NCBI GenBank assembly: GCA_031835245.2 | Contig: JAVKOQ020000027.1 | Coordinates: forward strand, 124,001 to 188,000 | Length of the DNA: 64,000 nt | Origin: Balamuthia mandrillaris | Taxonomy: Eukaryota | Reading direction: 5' to 3' | Shown: positions 38,708 through 50,534 of the stretch, in pieces | Layout of the letters: each line of letters begins with the position of its first letter | Position numbering within the stretch: the first letter of the stretch is position 1 | Program-made: the position numbers and the translations under genes | Notes under the pieces: generated by a model | Told to the model about the DNA's origin: nothing | The model's database searches: none | The model's input: only the letters and a program-made list of their open reading frames with translations

Positions 38708-39094
38708 TTATGCGACCACTTCCTGCAACCTCGCGATCCAGCTGTCGATAGCGGCGTTGAGAGGCGCCAGACAGCCCTCCTCAGGTCCGGTGGCGGCGAG
38801 GAAGTCGTAGTTATGGCTGAGCTGCTCTCCAAAGAGAGCGGGGAGGGGGCCGGCAGGGTTCACCTGCTCAAAGTCGGGAGTGTTGGCGTTGTTGCCAGCC
38901 AACCTCTCGGCCAGGTCCTGAAGCTTCTGGATGGTGTCGTCGATCGCCACGGGGAAGAGCAACCAATCCCAAAAGTAATTGGGGACCTCCAATCGGTGGC
39001 AGCAGAGCTCCTCAGGATCGCACTCATCAGAGGGTTGAGCCTGGCTGGCAACCACGAAAAGAAAGGCAACCAGAAAAAGAACGACGGCTTTCAT
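38708..39094 (-). CDS. Small secreted Cys-containing protein, function unknown
   Basis: Signal peptide MKAVVLFLVAFLFVVASQA; GC-rich codon bias; intronless. Confidence 0.7.
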   Translation of the reverse strand: MKAVVLFLVAFLFVVASQAQPSDECDPEELCCHRLEVPNYFWDWLLFPVAIDDTIQKLQDLAERLAGNNANTPDFEQVNPAGPLPALFGEQLSHNYDFLAATGPEEGCLAPLNAAIDSWIARLQEVVA

Positions 39095-39765
39095 CTTCGT
39101 GAAAAGCGGAAAAGAGGAGGAGCGTCAACACACCACTAAAGACCACAATAACAGAATAACAGGGCAAGTAGGATATACTTACTTTGTTGCTTTGGATCAA
39201 GTTTTTTTACCCCCTTATAAATCTTCGTCTCTTCCTCCGTCGTGGAGCCCTTTTCCCCTTTTATTTGTTTTTTCTTTTCTGGGTGCAACAAGCGTTGCAA
39301 AACCAAAAACAAAACATTATATTTTATATTTTTTGAGGGAACCCACGACCCCCCGCTGTTTAGTGCAGGGACGTTTTCCTGCGATCCATAAAAAGGACAG
39401 CTGATGTCAGTATTTCCATAAAAAGATGATGCTGACTCAGTCAAAGTGACATAATTTATTCCATAAAAGTATATAAATGAATGGTCGACGTTTTATCTTA
39501 AAAAAGATATCAAAGGGTAACTGTCGACCCCTCAAGCATTGCCTTGATCACAATCAATCCCGCTTTTTATCGATAGATGATCTTTTCCGTGAATATTTTG
39601 TCACAATCAAAAATAAAATACAAGGCGAAAGGGCAACTTGCAAAACAGGTTTGGTGGAAAAAAAAGAAGCTTTACTTTTCCACCAAAAGAACATCACTTT
39701 TTTTTTTGGAGTGATTGATTGATCGAACAACAAAAAAAAAGAACTTACGATTTCTCCAACTGTGG

Positions 39766-41617
39766 ATGATGGATAGGCGGTTCTTGGGAATGGAGGGAGT
39801 ACTAGAAGACGGACGTTATCGTCTCATCCGTCAAATCGGAGGTGGCAGCGGAGGTGTAGTTTGGTAGGGTGTCATTCATCAGCAATCTGTTGCTACGTTT
39901 TTTTTTTGTTTTGTTTGTTCCGATCAGCTAAACGTTATTTTTAAAAAATTGAAAGGTCTGCAAGGGATACGGTCACGAAGCAAAAGGTTGCCATCAAACG
40001 CATCGCCAATCTGAACAGAGACCTTGACACCCTGAGACGTACGTTACGTGAGATTAAGCTGCTGCGTCATTTCAACCATGAAAATGTGACTTTCTCCTCT
40101 TTTTTTTCTTTGTTTTTTGTTATTTTTGTTGTTAACTTTTTTATATTTTGAAATGCAGATAATCTCCGTTATTGATGTGTTGAAGCCCACCTCAAAAGAC
40201 TTTCGTGAAGTGTATGAAATCCTTTTTTTAACTCAACTCCATCCTTCTCTCTCTCTAGTTTTTATTTTATTTTGTTTATTTTATTTTTTGATGTTTGTTC
40301 ACTCTTTTCTCCTCCTCTTCATCCAGATTTGTGACCTACGAGCTGATGGGAACGGACTTGCATAGAGTGATCCGCTCTCCAACGCCATTGCCCGACGACA
40401 CCATCCAGCTCTTTATCTACCAAATACTGCGCGGCCTCAAGTGCGTGCACTCGGCTGGCGTCCTCCACAGGGACTTAAAGCCAACCAACCTGCTTGTCAA
40501 TGCCAACTATGACCTCAAGGTTAACCGTCTTTCTGCTTTATTTAAGTCTTACCTTTCTTTCTGTCGTCTTCTTTCTTCTTCTGTTCTTCGTTTCTCCTCT
40601 TTTTCTATTGTCTGCTTTCTTGTCGTTTCTTTCCTGTCTTCTATTATTTGCCTTTGCTCATTCTATCATTCCACATAACAGATTTGCGACTTTGGATGCG
40701 GTCGGTCTTCTGCACCTGGAAAAGGTAGCGGACGATCTGGGCTTAAGATGACACTTTTGGAACATGTAGCCACACGGTGGTATAGAGGTATATTGCTCTG
40801 CTCTTTCCCTGCTCTCTTTCTATTCCTCTTCTGCTTGTACTTATCGCCGACGGTATTCAATTCATGGCTATAGCACCGGAAGGCCTGTTATCTTTGGATA
40901 ATTACACAACAGCGGTAGACGTGTGGTCTGTTGGCTGCATTCTTGCTGAACTTTTTGGTCGGAAAGTGCTTTTTGCTGGGAAATCAAGTATGTCTTTCCT
41001 ACTCTGTTGTTTCTCGCTTTTGTCACTCTTTTAACCAAAAATAATAGATGAGGAACAATTAAGTCTGATATTAGAGGTGCTAGGCACGCCAACAGAAGAA
41101 CAAATCGCAAACCTTCCCTTCCTCCATGGCACCGACTCCAAGCTAGCAGAGCAGCTGCGGAGCATGCCACCAAGAGCTGCCACACCGTGGCAACAAATCT
41201 TTCCCAATGCGTCGGAGCAAGGCCTGGATCTGTTGAGCAAGATGTTGGAGTTTGATCCGGCGCGGCGGATCACTGTAGAGGATGCTCTTCGCCATCCTTA
41301 TCTGGCAACTTTGCATGATGATACCGATGAGGTAAAATATCTTTTTTTTTTTGTTAGACTCTTTGTAAGACCCTCTTATTTATCATCTCACTTTTGTTGG
41401 AAAAAATTGCAGCCTGTTGCAGATGAGTTGTTTGAAGAGAGCTGGGAGAAAGATGTACAAGACTTGGAAGGCTTTCAAGGTACCTTCACTCATTCTTTAT
41501 TTATTTAGCCCTTTTTTCCTAAACGATTTTATTAATAAAAAAAACAACGCAGACCTGCTTTATGCTCAGATAGAGGACATGCATAAAACCTCCACAGAGA
41601 ATCAAGCCGTTTTGTAG
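39766..41617 (+). CDS. MAP kinase family protein with atypical activation loop, multi-exon
   Basis: [67 protein letters not shown]. Confidence 0.92.
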
Positions 41618-41709
41618 TTTTGTACTTTCTTTCCTTCACTTTTTGTATCTTTTGTTGCATCCAAACATGAAAAACCTACAGAAAAAAAAAACGAGTCGGT
41701 CTTCTTATT

Positions 41710-42239
41710 TTATGAAGAATTCAACAGTTCATCCAAAAAGACAACAATGGCGGTGATGTTATCGCTCGATCCTCTCTCCAAGGCCGCCTCCACCAAAGCG
41801 AAGCTGCACTCCTTTGGCGATTTGCCCTGCTCGTTCTTGAGCCTCGCTGTGAGGTCCACCGCCTCCTTGTAAGAAAGACCATCCCACAAACCGTCACACG
41901 CGATGATCAGGAACTCATGCACCACGCTTTCTTCTCCTTCGTTTTCGGTTTCCTCTTTTTCCTCTTGTTGTTGTGATTCGGCTTCTTTCTTTTGTTCTTC
42001 CTCTTTGGCACGAAGAAGAATGGTAGGATGAATGTAAGGATCCGGTATAACGAAGTCGACATCGTGGTCCTTGCTCTTCTTGAAATCGGCATCACCGAAT
42101 GCTCTTGAAACTGCCAACGTGCCAAACAAACGACCAAACACCACCGATCCACCTTTTGGTGTGTGTTCAAGTGTTAGCCCTTGACCAATGTTTAACGAAT
42201 TCTCTTGTTCTTGTTTTCTTCTCTGCTTCTCTGCTTCTT

Positions 42240-42282
<43 letters not shown>

Positions 42283-42830
42283 GTTTGCTAAGCACAAAAA
42301 ATATAAAGAAACGTACCAAGTTCCACGATGCGTTGTTTTTCGCTCTCCTCGTTGCACTTGTGTTTAGTGGTGAGGCAGATGGCATCATAGGACGACGGGG
42401 ACGGAGAGCCAGAGTCCGTTTTGAGGACGTGCCGCGCGGCCAAGACTGCCTCTGCATCCCCCACGTTGGCTACGTACAGCGTCCTGTTCAAAATCATGGC
42501 CACAACTGCTGTTGCTCCGTCCTTCCATTTTTCTTCCAACCCTTTTTGTTTTGCTCAAGTTTAGAGGGGAAGAAAGAGAAGAGGGCAAAGAAACAGGAGA
42601 GAGACGGAGAGACATAGAAAAGAAAAGAGAAAAAAAACCTGTTTGCAAAATCGATTTGTCAGTGGATGCAAAGCCGCTCCTAAGGGCTGCTTCCACGTCG
42701 TTGGTCTGGAAGGCAGGATCCTTCACGATAGCTCCATGAAGTAGAGCGGAAGCTACTTCCGCCGCTCTTCTTCCACCATGCCCTATTTTTATTTGTTCTT
42801 TAGATTAAGAAAAATAGCAAGAGGAAGAAG

Positions 42831-42862
<32 letters not shown>

Positions 42863-44054
42863 GAAGAAGAACAAGAAGAACAAGAAGAACAAGAAGAAGA
42901 ACAAGAACAAGAACAAGAACAAGAACAAGAAGAAGAAGAAGAAGAAGAAAGAAAGAAGAAGAAGAAGAAGAAGAAGAACAAGAAAAGAACAAGAACAGAA
43001 GAAGAAGAAGAAGAAGAGAAGAAGAAGTAGAAGAAGAACAAGAAGAACAAGAAGAACAAGAAGAAGAACAAGAACAAGAACAAGAAGAAAAGAGAAGAAG
43101 AAGAAGAAGAAGAAGAAGAAGAAGAAGAAGAAGAAGAAGAAGAAGAAGAAGAAGAAAAGAAGAACAAGAAGAAGAAGAAGAAGAACAAGAAGAAGAAGAA
43201 AAGAAGAACAAGAAGAAGAAGAAGAACAAGAAGAACAAGAAGAACAAGAAGAACAAGAAGAACAAGAAGAGAAACCATCATAAACAGCATAATAAGCACA
43301 AGCACTGAACCGGGACAAAGCCTCAACATCCGGAAACACGCGCTGCAGGTCATCAATACAAACGTGTGCGTCCTCCATGGTGGGCCGCCTACCTTGCGAG
43401 TAGGCATAGCCCGAGGCCAGGGCATGCTTGCCCACGGTGCCGTGAGCTATGATTTCCGGCAGGGGCTCCTCTCTTTGTACAACAGGTTTGGTCAGCCCAT
43501 TAGCTCTTCTTCTAGAGCTGCCTGCAGTCTCCACAAAGTCTGTTCTTGTTCTTGATCTCGAGGAAGTGCATGGTTGTCGTTCTACTATCGTTGTTGCTTC
43601 ATCATCGTTTCCGCTGGCTTCTGTTTTGTTTTCTTTTGAAATTCTTTCTTCTGCGTCTGATGAAGTAAGTCGGCCAATGGCTACTCGGTAGCTGAGTTCT
43701 TTCTTGCGAAGGATGGAATAGCTGTTGTCCCACACCAACAAATAGGAGCCAGCTTTCTTCACCTTCTTCTCTCCTCTAACGATACCCAGATGAGAGTTCA
43801 CTCGCTCCACAGCCAAAAAGGAAGTTGGAAGCTCCGCACCGTCATGCGGTTGGTGCATAATACCGAAGCTAATGTCTCTGTGAGCGGTGGCGAACTCCCA
43901 TTGAAGATAGATGTCGTTTGGTTGCTCCTCTTCCACGTATACTGCATGCTGTTTATTTATTTTTTTGCAGTAACATTTTAGGAGGTCGTATGAGAGGACA
44001 TGGAGGAAGAATACTTAAATAGAGAAAAAAAGCACTACAAAGATAAAAGAAGAG

Positions 44055-44093
<39 letters not shown>

Positions 44094-46252
44094 CTCGTAA
44101 CGACCACCAGCAGAAACGATGGTGCGTGTCCAACTTTGTTGAAGCAGATGAAGAGCTACGTCATCCGCGATAACATCACTTCCCCGTCCGCCCCCTCTAC
44201 CCACCAAACTATCAATTGACGACTTGTCCCCATTACTCTTTTTCTCTTGCTTTTTCCTTTCCGCCAATCGCTTGAAGTACTGCATCAGCTCTTGTCTGCC
44301 GTAAAGCGTTTCGGCGACCATTCCATCCTTATCCTTGAAGAGATGAAGTCGTAAACTGAGAAAGCGCCACTTCTCCGCTTTAGTTGGAGTAAACAGAGCA
44401 GAGAGGGAGGCGCCCACATCTACAATCCAACCCGGTATTTTGGTCCAGGAAAGGGTCGTCGTGTTGGCTGCTGCTTCGTGCGCCATTGTTACTATTTCTT
44501 TCCATGTTAATAGTTGTGGCCCGCCAACCTGATTTTATTTTGTGATAGTAGAAGAAAGAAAAACCAGAAAAAATAAAGAATGGTAAGAAATAAGAAAGAA
44601 AATGAAGCAAAAAGAAAGTGTAACTTACAGAAACGTAGAGGTTTTTAAATCTGTCAGGTGCTTTAACTACTTCTACAACAAAGGCTGCCAAATCCTCTCC
44701 ATGGATTGGATTCATTTGTTTTTCACCGGAACCTTTTTTTTTTCCAAAGTTAAACGCAAGAACAGAAAAAAAACATTAGGAAAAGTAACAAATTATACAC
44801 GAGAAAGGTGAGAGAGAGAAGAGTGAGAGAGAGAGAGAGAAGAGTGAGAAGAGAGAGAGAGAAGAGTGAGAGAGAAGAGTGAGAGAGAGAACCAAAATCG
44901 AAAGCTTTGTTTTGGGCTGCCAAACGGAAGACTTCGTCAAAGTCCTTAAATACGAGGTTGGAACGGATGACTGTCCAGGTGCATTGAGTGTCATGATCGG
45001 TTGAAGTGCTCTCGCTCTGTTTGTCCTCAGCCGCAGAGGCACCGCTTGAGTTGGTGGTAGAGTTGCGGGAAAGGCGCTCGATTAGCCGCTCACGTGCCTT
45101 TGGTTTTGTTGCGTAAGTATTTGCTAATAAAAAATATGATAAAGGAGAATGAAAGAGAAAGGAGAAGGAGCAAGCGCAAGAAGAATGAGGATAGAGATGA
45201 ACGAATACCTCGATGCGAGGCAGCTTATCCTTAAAGATAGGGCCACCAAGCAAAGTATGATATACAAATTGTCGCACTTTCCGCCGTGAGCATTCCTCCA
45301 ATACAGTTACATTCATCTTGTGCATTGTTGAAAAGCAACATAAGTTTCATTTAACAAAAAACAAAAGGCGACTAAAACAGAGAAAAAAGCACTACAAAGA
45401 GAAAGAGAAAGAGAAAACGACGAAAGAGAAAAGAGAAAAGATAACAGAGAAAAGAGAAAAGAGAAAAGAGAAAAGAGAAAAGAGAAAAGAGAAAAGAGAA
45501 AAGAGAAAGAGAAATAGAGATAGAAAAAGAGAAACGACGAAAAAGACAAAAAACAGAGAAAAGAGAAACAGCGAAGAGAAACAACGAAAGAGGGCCAAGA
45601 AAAGAACCTGATGCTCTTCTTCCCAAAGTTGGGTTGCCAGTTTTCCAGCCGTCTTGCTTTCGGCCATGCAACTGACTACGACCTCCACCTCCTCCCAAAG
45701 CTTCTCGTTGCCGCTCTTCTTGCCTTCCCACAGCTGAACCTCATCCCAATAGGCTCTGCTCTTTCTGCCCTTTCTTGTTTCTGCTGCGGTCTCTTCCTCC
45801 CCTCCTTCTCCTTCTGCTTTTATTGCGCTCTCCGCTTCATCCGCTGCCGAGGCTTGAATCGCTCTTTTCCGCAGTTCTCCATCCACCACAACCCCCTTTG
45901 CTTCTTCTTCTTCTTGTTCTTCTACTTTCTCTTCCTCCTTTTCTGCTTCCGCTTGTGCTTCCTCCTTGTCCTCTTCTTCCTCCTCCTCCTCCACCACAAG
46001 CCCTTCCAGAAGCAAGGCACGAACCCACCAGCCCTCTTGCTTGAGCAGCGGGTAGAGACATTTTCCCAGGTGAGAAGAGGCGCCCACCACCAGCGCCACG
46101 CGGCGACGCGGCCCTGCAGGCGGGGAGGCAGCAACCACAACGGCCGATTTGGTGAGGTTACTGTTGTTGTTCGTACCTCTGTCCTTGCCGATGGTGATCT
46201 GACTGCCGCTGGGACTCGACGGCGACGAAGAGGACGGAGAAGAAGAGGCCAT
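41710..46252 (-). CDS. Putative fusion: atypical SDR/NAD(P)-binding domain + GOLD domain + PP2C phosphatase
   Basis: ALVVGASSHLG Rossmann-like, NPIHGEDLA; GOLD WEF...GSYLLVWDNSYSILRKKELSYRV; PP2C GRRPTMEDAH, VYDG-HGG, ANVGDAE, LAVSRAFGD, ACDGLWD, DNITAIVV. Confidence 0.75.
42821..43272. repeat. ~450 bp (AAG/AAC)n low-complexity array in PP2C intron
   Basis: Tandem repeat visible; lies between the VYDG and HGG exons. Confidence 0.92.
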
Positions 46253-46796
46253 TATTTTCTTTTCTACTTTTTGAATGCCTCTCTTTTCTTTTCTTTTCTT
46301 TTTTTACTTTTATTTTCTTTCTTTTTTGCCGTTGGGTGTCGACATATTATGTGACGTCATGGGTTAGAAAAAAGGAAACCATGAAATTAACAGACGAAAT
46401 CTCGTCGTGCAGCGAAAATTCTCATCTGAAGAACTAAGAATACAATCTGGCACCATCAACGCTATCCATTTTTCGAGAAAACCGGTTCGAAACTTTTCCT
46501 GATTGGTTGTCGGGTTGTCTATTGCACATCCATTTATCCTAATGAATGAGGCCATAACCAATGGCCGTGCGTATTTTTATCCGGCCTGATACAATTACGA
46601 TTCATTTAACCGTCTCGCCAATAGAATTTTTGGCATTATCTATTTTTGACAGGTTCATTAATAACCAGACAAATTTTGAGGCGTTTAGCCAAAAAGTTTT
46701 TAACGCTTCTTTTTCCTTCTCCTTCTTCTTTTCTTTTCTTCACAGCACCAAAAACACACAAAACCGCCGGTTCTCTCTCTCCCACACATTATCACA

Positions 46797-47387
46797 ATGA
46801 AGGCCACTCTTTTCGCTGCCTGCCTTTTGGCTCTCTTCGCCGCTATCTACGCCCAGGACAGTACGTGCCGCCCGCTCATTTTCAATTTTTTTTTTTTTTG
46901 TAGCCGCTACTATTTTTTTGCGATATTTGTCTCACCCGTTTTTTCCCGCTCCTCTTATGATTATTTAGCTTGCTACGTCTCCTCTGGAGTCTACGGTGAT
47001 AACGCTTGCGAGAACTTCAGCCCCTTGGCTGACGGCTGCAGTGGTCAGGAGTTCGAGCACGATACCTGCGTGAACGTGGAGGCCAGCGGCACCACCATCA
47101 GCATGAAGTACGACTGTGTCAACCTCCAAGGCTTCGTCTACATGGCTGCCGACTGCCCTGAAGGCCAGGCCACCACTGTTCCCGACGGTGAGTGTACCGC
47201 TGTCTTTGGCGGCGCTGCCTACCTGTTGCCCAACTTCGGAGAGGACTGCGAGGGCAACCCCGTTGATGGTGGCGACGACGGTGCTGACGGTACCGAGGAC
47301 GGCAGCGGAAGCACCACCGACGACGTCCCCTCTGACGGTGACAACGACGGTTCCTCTGCCGCCGCTCTCTCCGCTTTCTTGTTCTAA
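46797..47387 (+). CDS. Small Cys-rich secreted, probably GPI-anchored surface protein (intron ~46862-46968)
   Basis: Signal peptide, Cys-rich domain, D/G/S/T-rich stalk, hydrophobic C-terminus SSAAALSAFLF. Confidence 0.75.
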   Translation: MKATLFAACLLALFAAIYAQDSTCRPLIFNFFFFCSRYYFFAIFVSPVFSRSSYDYLACYVSSGVYGDNACENFSPLADGCSGQEFEHDTCVNVEASGTTISMKYDCVNLQGFVYMAADCPEGQATTVPDGECTAVFGGAAYLLPNFGEDCEGNPVDGGDDGADGTEDGSGSTTDDVPSDGDNDGSSAAALSAFLF

Positions 47388-47836
47388 GGAGCGCGTTCCT
47401 GTACCCTCTCTCAACATTCGCACTATGTTGAAATAAACAAAATCAATCCCTTAAAAAAAACACCCGAATTATTCTTTCTCTCCTTCACCACAAAAAAAAA
47501 AACTAGAGGTAGATCAACTAGCCGTAAACTTTTCACCGAGAAGAGTCAGCGAGCAATCCCAACCCGTCCCGATCTCTATCCTCTTGGTTTCCTTCTTTCC
47601 CTTTCCCCCTGACCGCTCCCGCTTTTTATTCCCGCAGACAGAGAAATTATTGTTGAAAACGGACGAAAAGCAGCAAAATGTTTCGATACATTTTGTAAGA
47701 TTTTCCAAATAGGATCCATTTTGCAATAATTTCTTTGAAATATTGTCGAATTTTTGTCGTGTCATCCAATATTTGTTGAGGGGTCGTTTCTGTTGCCTTG
47801 GAAAAAAAAAGCAGAAACTTACAAAACAAAAGAGAG

Positions 47837-48512
47837 ATGGAGAAAGCAAAGAAGACGAGCCGAGCAAACACGACGGAGCAAGAGTTTCGTCGTTTGCTGC
47901 AGCAAGCCCCCAAGGACTGGCACTCTGCTCGTCAGCTGCTGCGTTTCTTGCGGCTGAACAAGCTGCGCCGCTCGGACGTCGTCCTTCAGTTTGGACCCAA
48001 CTTGTTGGCCAAGCACGCTTCTGCGCTTGGCGATGAAGGTCAGCCTTTTTTTTTTTCTCTCTTTCCCTCCTCTTTCACTCCCCCCTTTTTCTTTTTGTCT
48101 CGACCTGCCTGACCCTCTCTCCCACGTAGTGTGGACTGTGAGGGAACAAGTGTTTGAGGCTTCGCTGGACGTGGGTGCCTTGAATGAAGCAGAGGTTCGC
48201 TACTTATCTTTGGCATTGAGAGAGAAGACAAATCAATCGATCTCTTTAGCTTGGAAGTGGTGTTGTGCTGACCAGCGTTTGTTCATTCGAAACGTTTTTA
48301 AAATCATTTTAGGAGCTGTTGCGGCAGCTACAGAAACAGTTTCCGAATAGTAGACGGGTGGAGCGGCTTAAAGGCATGATGAAAGAGGCAGAGGGGGACT
48401 TGGGGGCTGCAAGAGAGATTTTTGATGCCATCATTGAAGAAGAGCCAACTGATGCGGTTTCTTTTCGCCTCTTTTTTGTCTCTTTCTCTTGCTGTTCTTC
48501 TTCGTCGTCTAC

Positions 48513-48551
<39 letters not shown>

Positions 48552-49527
48552 CGCTCTTCTCCCTTCTCCCTTCTCTCGTTCTCTCGGTCTCTTTTCTCTT
48601 TTCTCTTCTCTCTCTTCGCACTTTTCTCTCTTTCTGCTGCTGCTCTCCTCCTCCTATCTGCTTTTTTCTCATTTCTTATTTTACTGAGTTTTGCTATTGT
48701 TTGACTAGATCACAATGAAGCGTCGTATCTGTTTGCACAAGGCAAGCAAGGAAACTCGCGACCAAGCCATTAAAGAGTTGAACGACTATCTGAAAGTCTT
48801 CATGGCAGACACAGATGCATGGCAAGAATTGGGAGATCTCTATCTGGATCAACAACAGTACTGTTCTCTGGCCCTGAATGAAGAAAACAATAGAGAGGGA
48901 GAGAGTAGAGAAGAAAAAGATCAAGAAGAACAAGAGAAGAAGCAAGAAGAAAAATCCGCGATTAACTTTGGCATTCCTTTCATAGATATGAGTATGCGGC
49001 GTTTTGCTACGAGGAACTTATTTTGGCTGACCCCTTCAACTATCATTTCCACAATCGTTACGCTGAGGTGCCTATTACACCTCTTCCTCGTTTGCCTCTC
49101 TTGCTCTTTTTTTTTTTTCAAGTTCAACGGAAAACTCACATTAAACATATCAACAACGAAGATCTTATTCACGTTGGGCGACCACGTGACAGCGCGCAAG
49201 TACTTTGCTCAATCTTTGGAACTCAACAATGAAAACAATGCTAGAGCGATGTTTGGACTTTGCATTGTACGTTTACTTAGTTTCTTTATTTCTTCCTTAC
49301 CTTCTTATGCTAATCGTTTCTCTCTCTCCCCCCCCCCCAAAAATCGACAGTGCTCCAAAGCGATAGATAGCAAGAAAGGAGGAGGTGCCAAGGCAGACAA
49401 GGACAGCAACGGCCAGCTTTTCCAACACGGGCGCAACGCCTTGCTCGCCAAGTACACAGAGAAAGCCCAGAATTCTTCCCTGGAGTTGGAGGTGGTAACC
49501 GCTGCGTTGAATAAAATGGCTCCATGA
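47837..49527 (+). CDS. EMC2: ER membrane complex subunit 2 (TTC35)
   Basis: WTVREQVFEASLD, QFPNSRRVERLKGM, LNDYLKVFMADTDAWQELGDLY, FCYEEL, ARKYF. Confidence 0.92.
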
Positions 49528-49927
49528 TTCCTTTCGATTTTTTCTATTTTTTTTAAAAAAAAACCACCACGATGAACACTGCACGAAACTACATGCTCGT
49601 TTGTCCAACTGGGACACGGGTCCATGCGAGCGAGGCATCTCTTCCAAAGCCTCCACTTCCCGTTAGGTCGACGCGAGAGGATTTGGCGCGAAATTTGAGT
49701 GTTTGCAACGGTTATTTGTCGACCAGCCAATGGGATCCTTCCCAGCCCAGAAAACTGGATTTTTTGGAGCACACTGGATTGGTTCGGAGTTCAAACAAAA
49801 ACTTTCCGTTAGATTTTTCGTTTATGCCAAGAAAAAAAATATTAAGATAGAAAAAGGGGGAAAACTTATTCACCAAAAAAAAACAAACAAAGAAGAACTT
49901 CACAACAACAACAACAAAGAAGCATAA

Positions 49928-50338
49928 ATGGCTCGTACCAAGCAAACCGCTCGCAAGTCCACTGGAGGCAAGGCCCCTCGCAAGGTCGCCAGCAAGTCTG
50001 CCAAGTCCGCCAAGTCTGCCCTCGCGGGAGGCGTGAAGAAGCCCCATCGCTTCAGGCCCGGTACCGTGGCCCTTCGCGAGATTCGCCGCTACCAGAAGAG
50101 CACCGAGCTCCTCCTCCGCAAGCTCCCCTTCCAGCGCCTGGTGAGAGAGATTGCTCAGGACTACAAGACCGACTTGCGTTTCCAGAGCGCCGCCGTGGCC
50201 GCCCTCCAGGAAGCCGCTGAGGCCTACCTGGTGGGTCTCTTTGAGGACACCAACTTGTGCGCCATCCACGCCAAGCGTGTGACCATCATGCCCAAGGACA
50301 TTCAGCTGGCCAGAAGGATTCGTGGAGAGAGAGCATAA
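49928..50338 (+). CDS. H3: Histone H3 (intronless)
   Basis: [18 protein letters not shown]...[25 protein letters not shown]...RRIRGERA. Confidence 0.99.
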
Positions 50339-50534
50339 GCTCTTCTCTTTCTTCTCTCTTCTTTTTCTCTGTTTCTTTGTCGACACAAATTTTGACTATC
50401 GCGACGACACGAGGTTATGTACAAAATTTTTATTTCTGCAAAAAAAATCAATAATTAAAATAAAAATTTAAATATTCAAAATAATTTACTATTTATGATA
50501 ATAATTGCATATCAAAAAGAAAGAAGAAAAAAAG

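Noticed and set aside
42778..43308. Long poly-R/E/F/L/S ORFs in all frames (also 25274-25676, 53704-54137, 61961-62334)
   Set aside because: Stop-free artefacts of intronic microsatellite arrays
50338..50400. Histone 3' stem-loop
   Set aside because: No canonical GGYYYTTTTHARRRCC hairpin seen after the H3 stop
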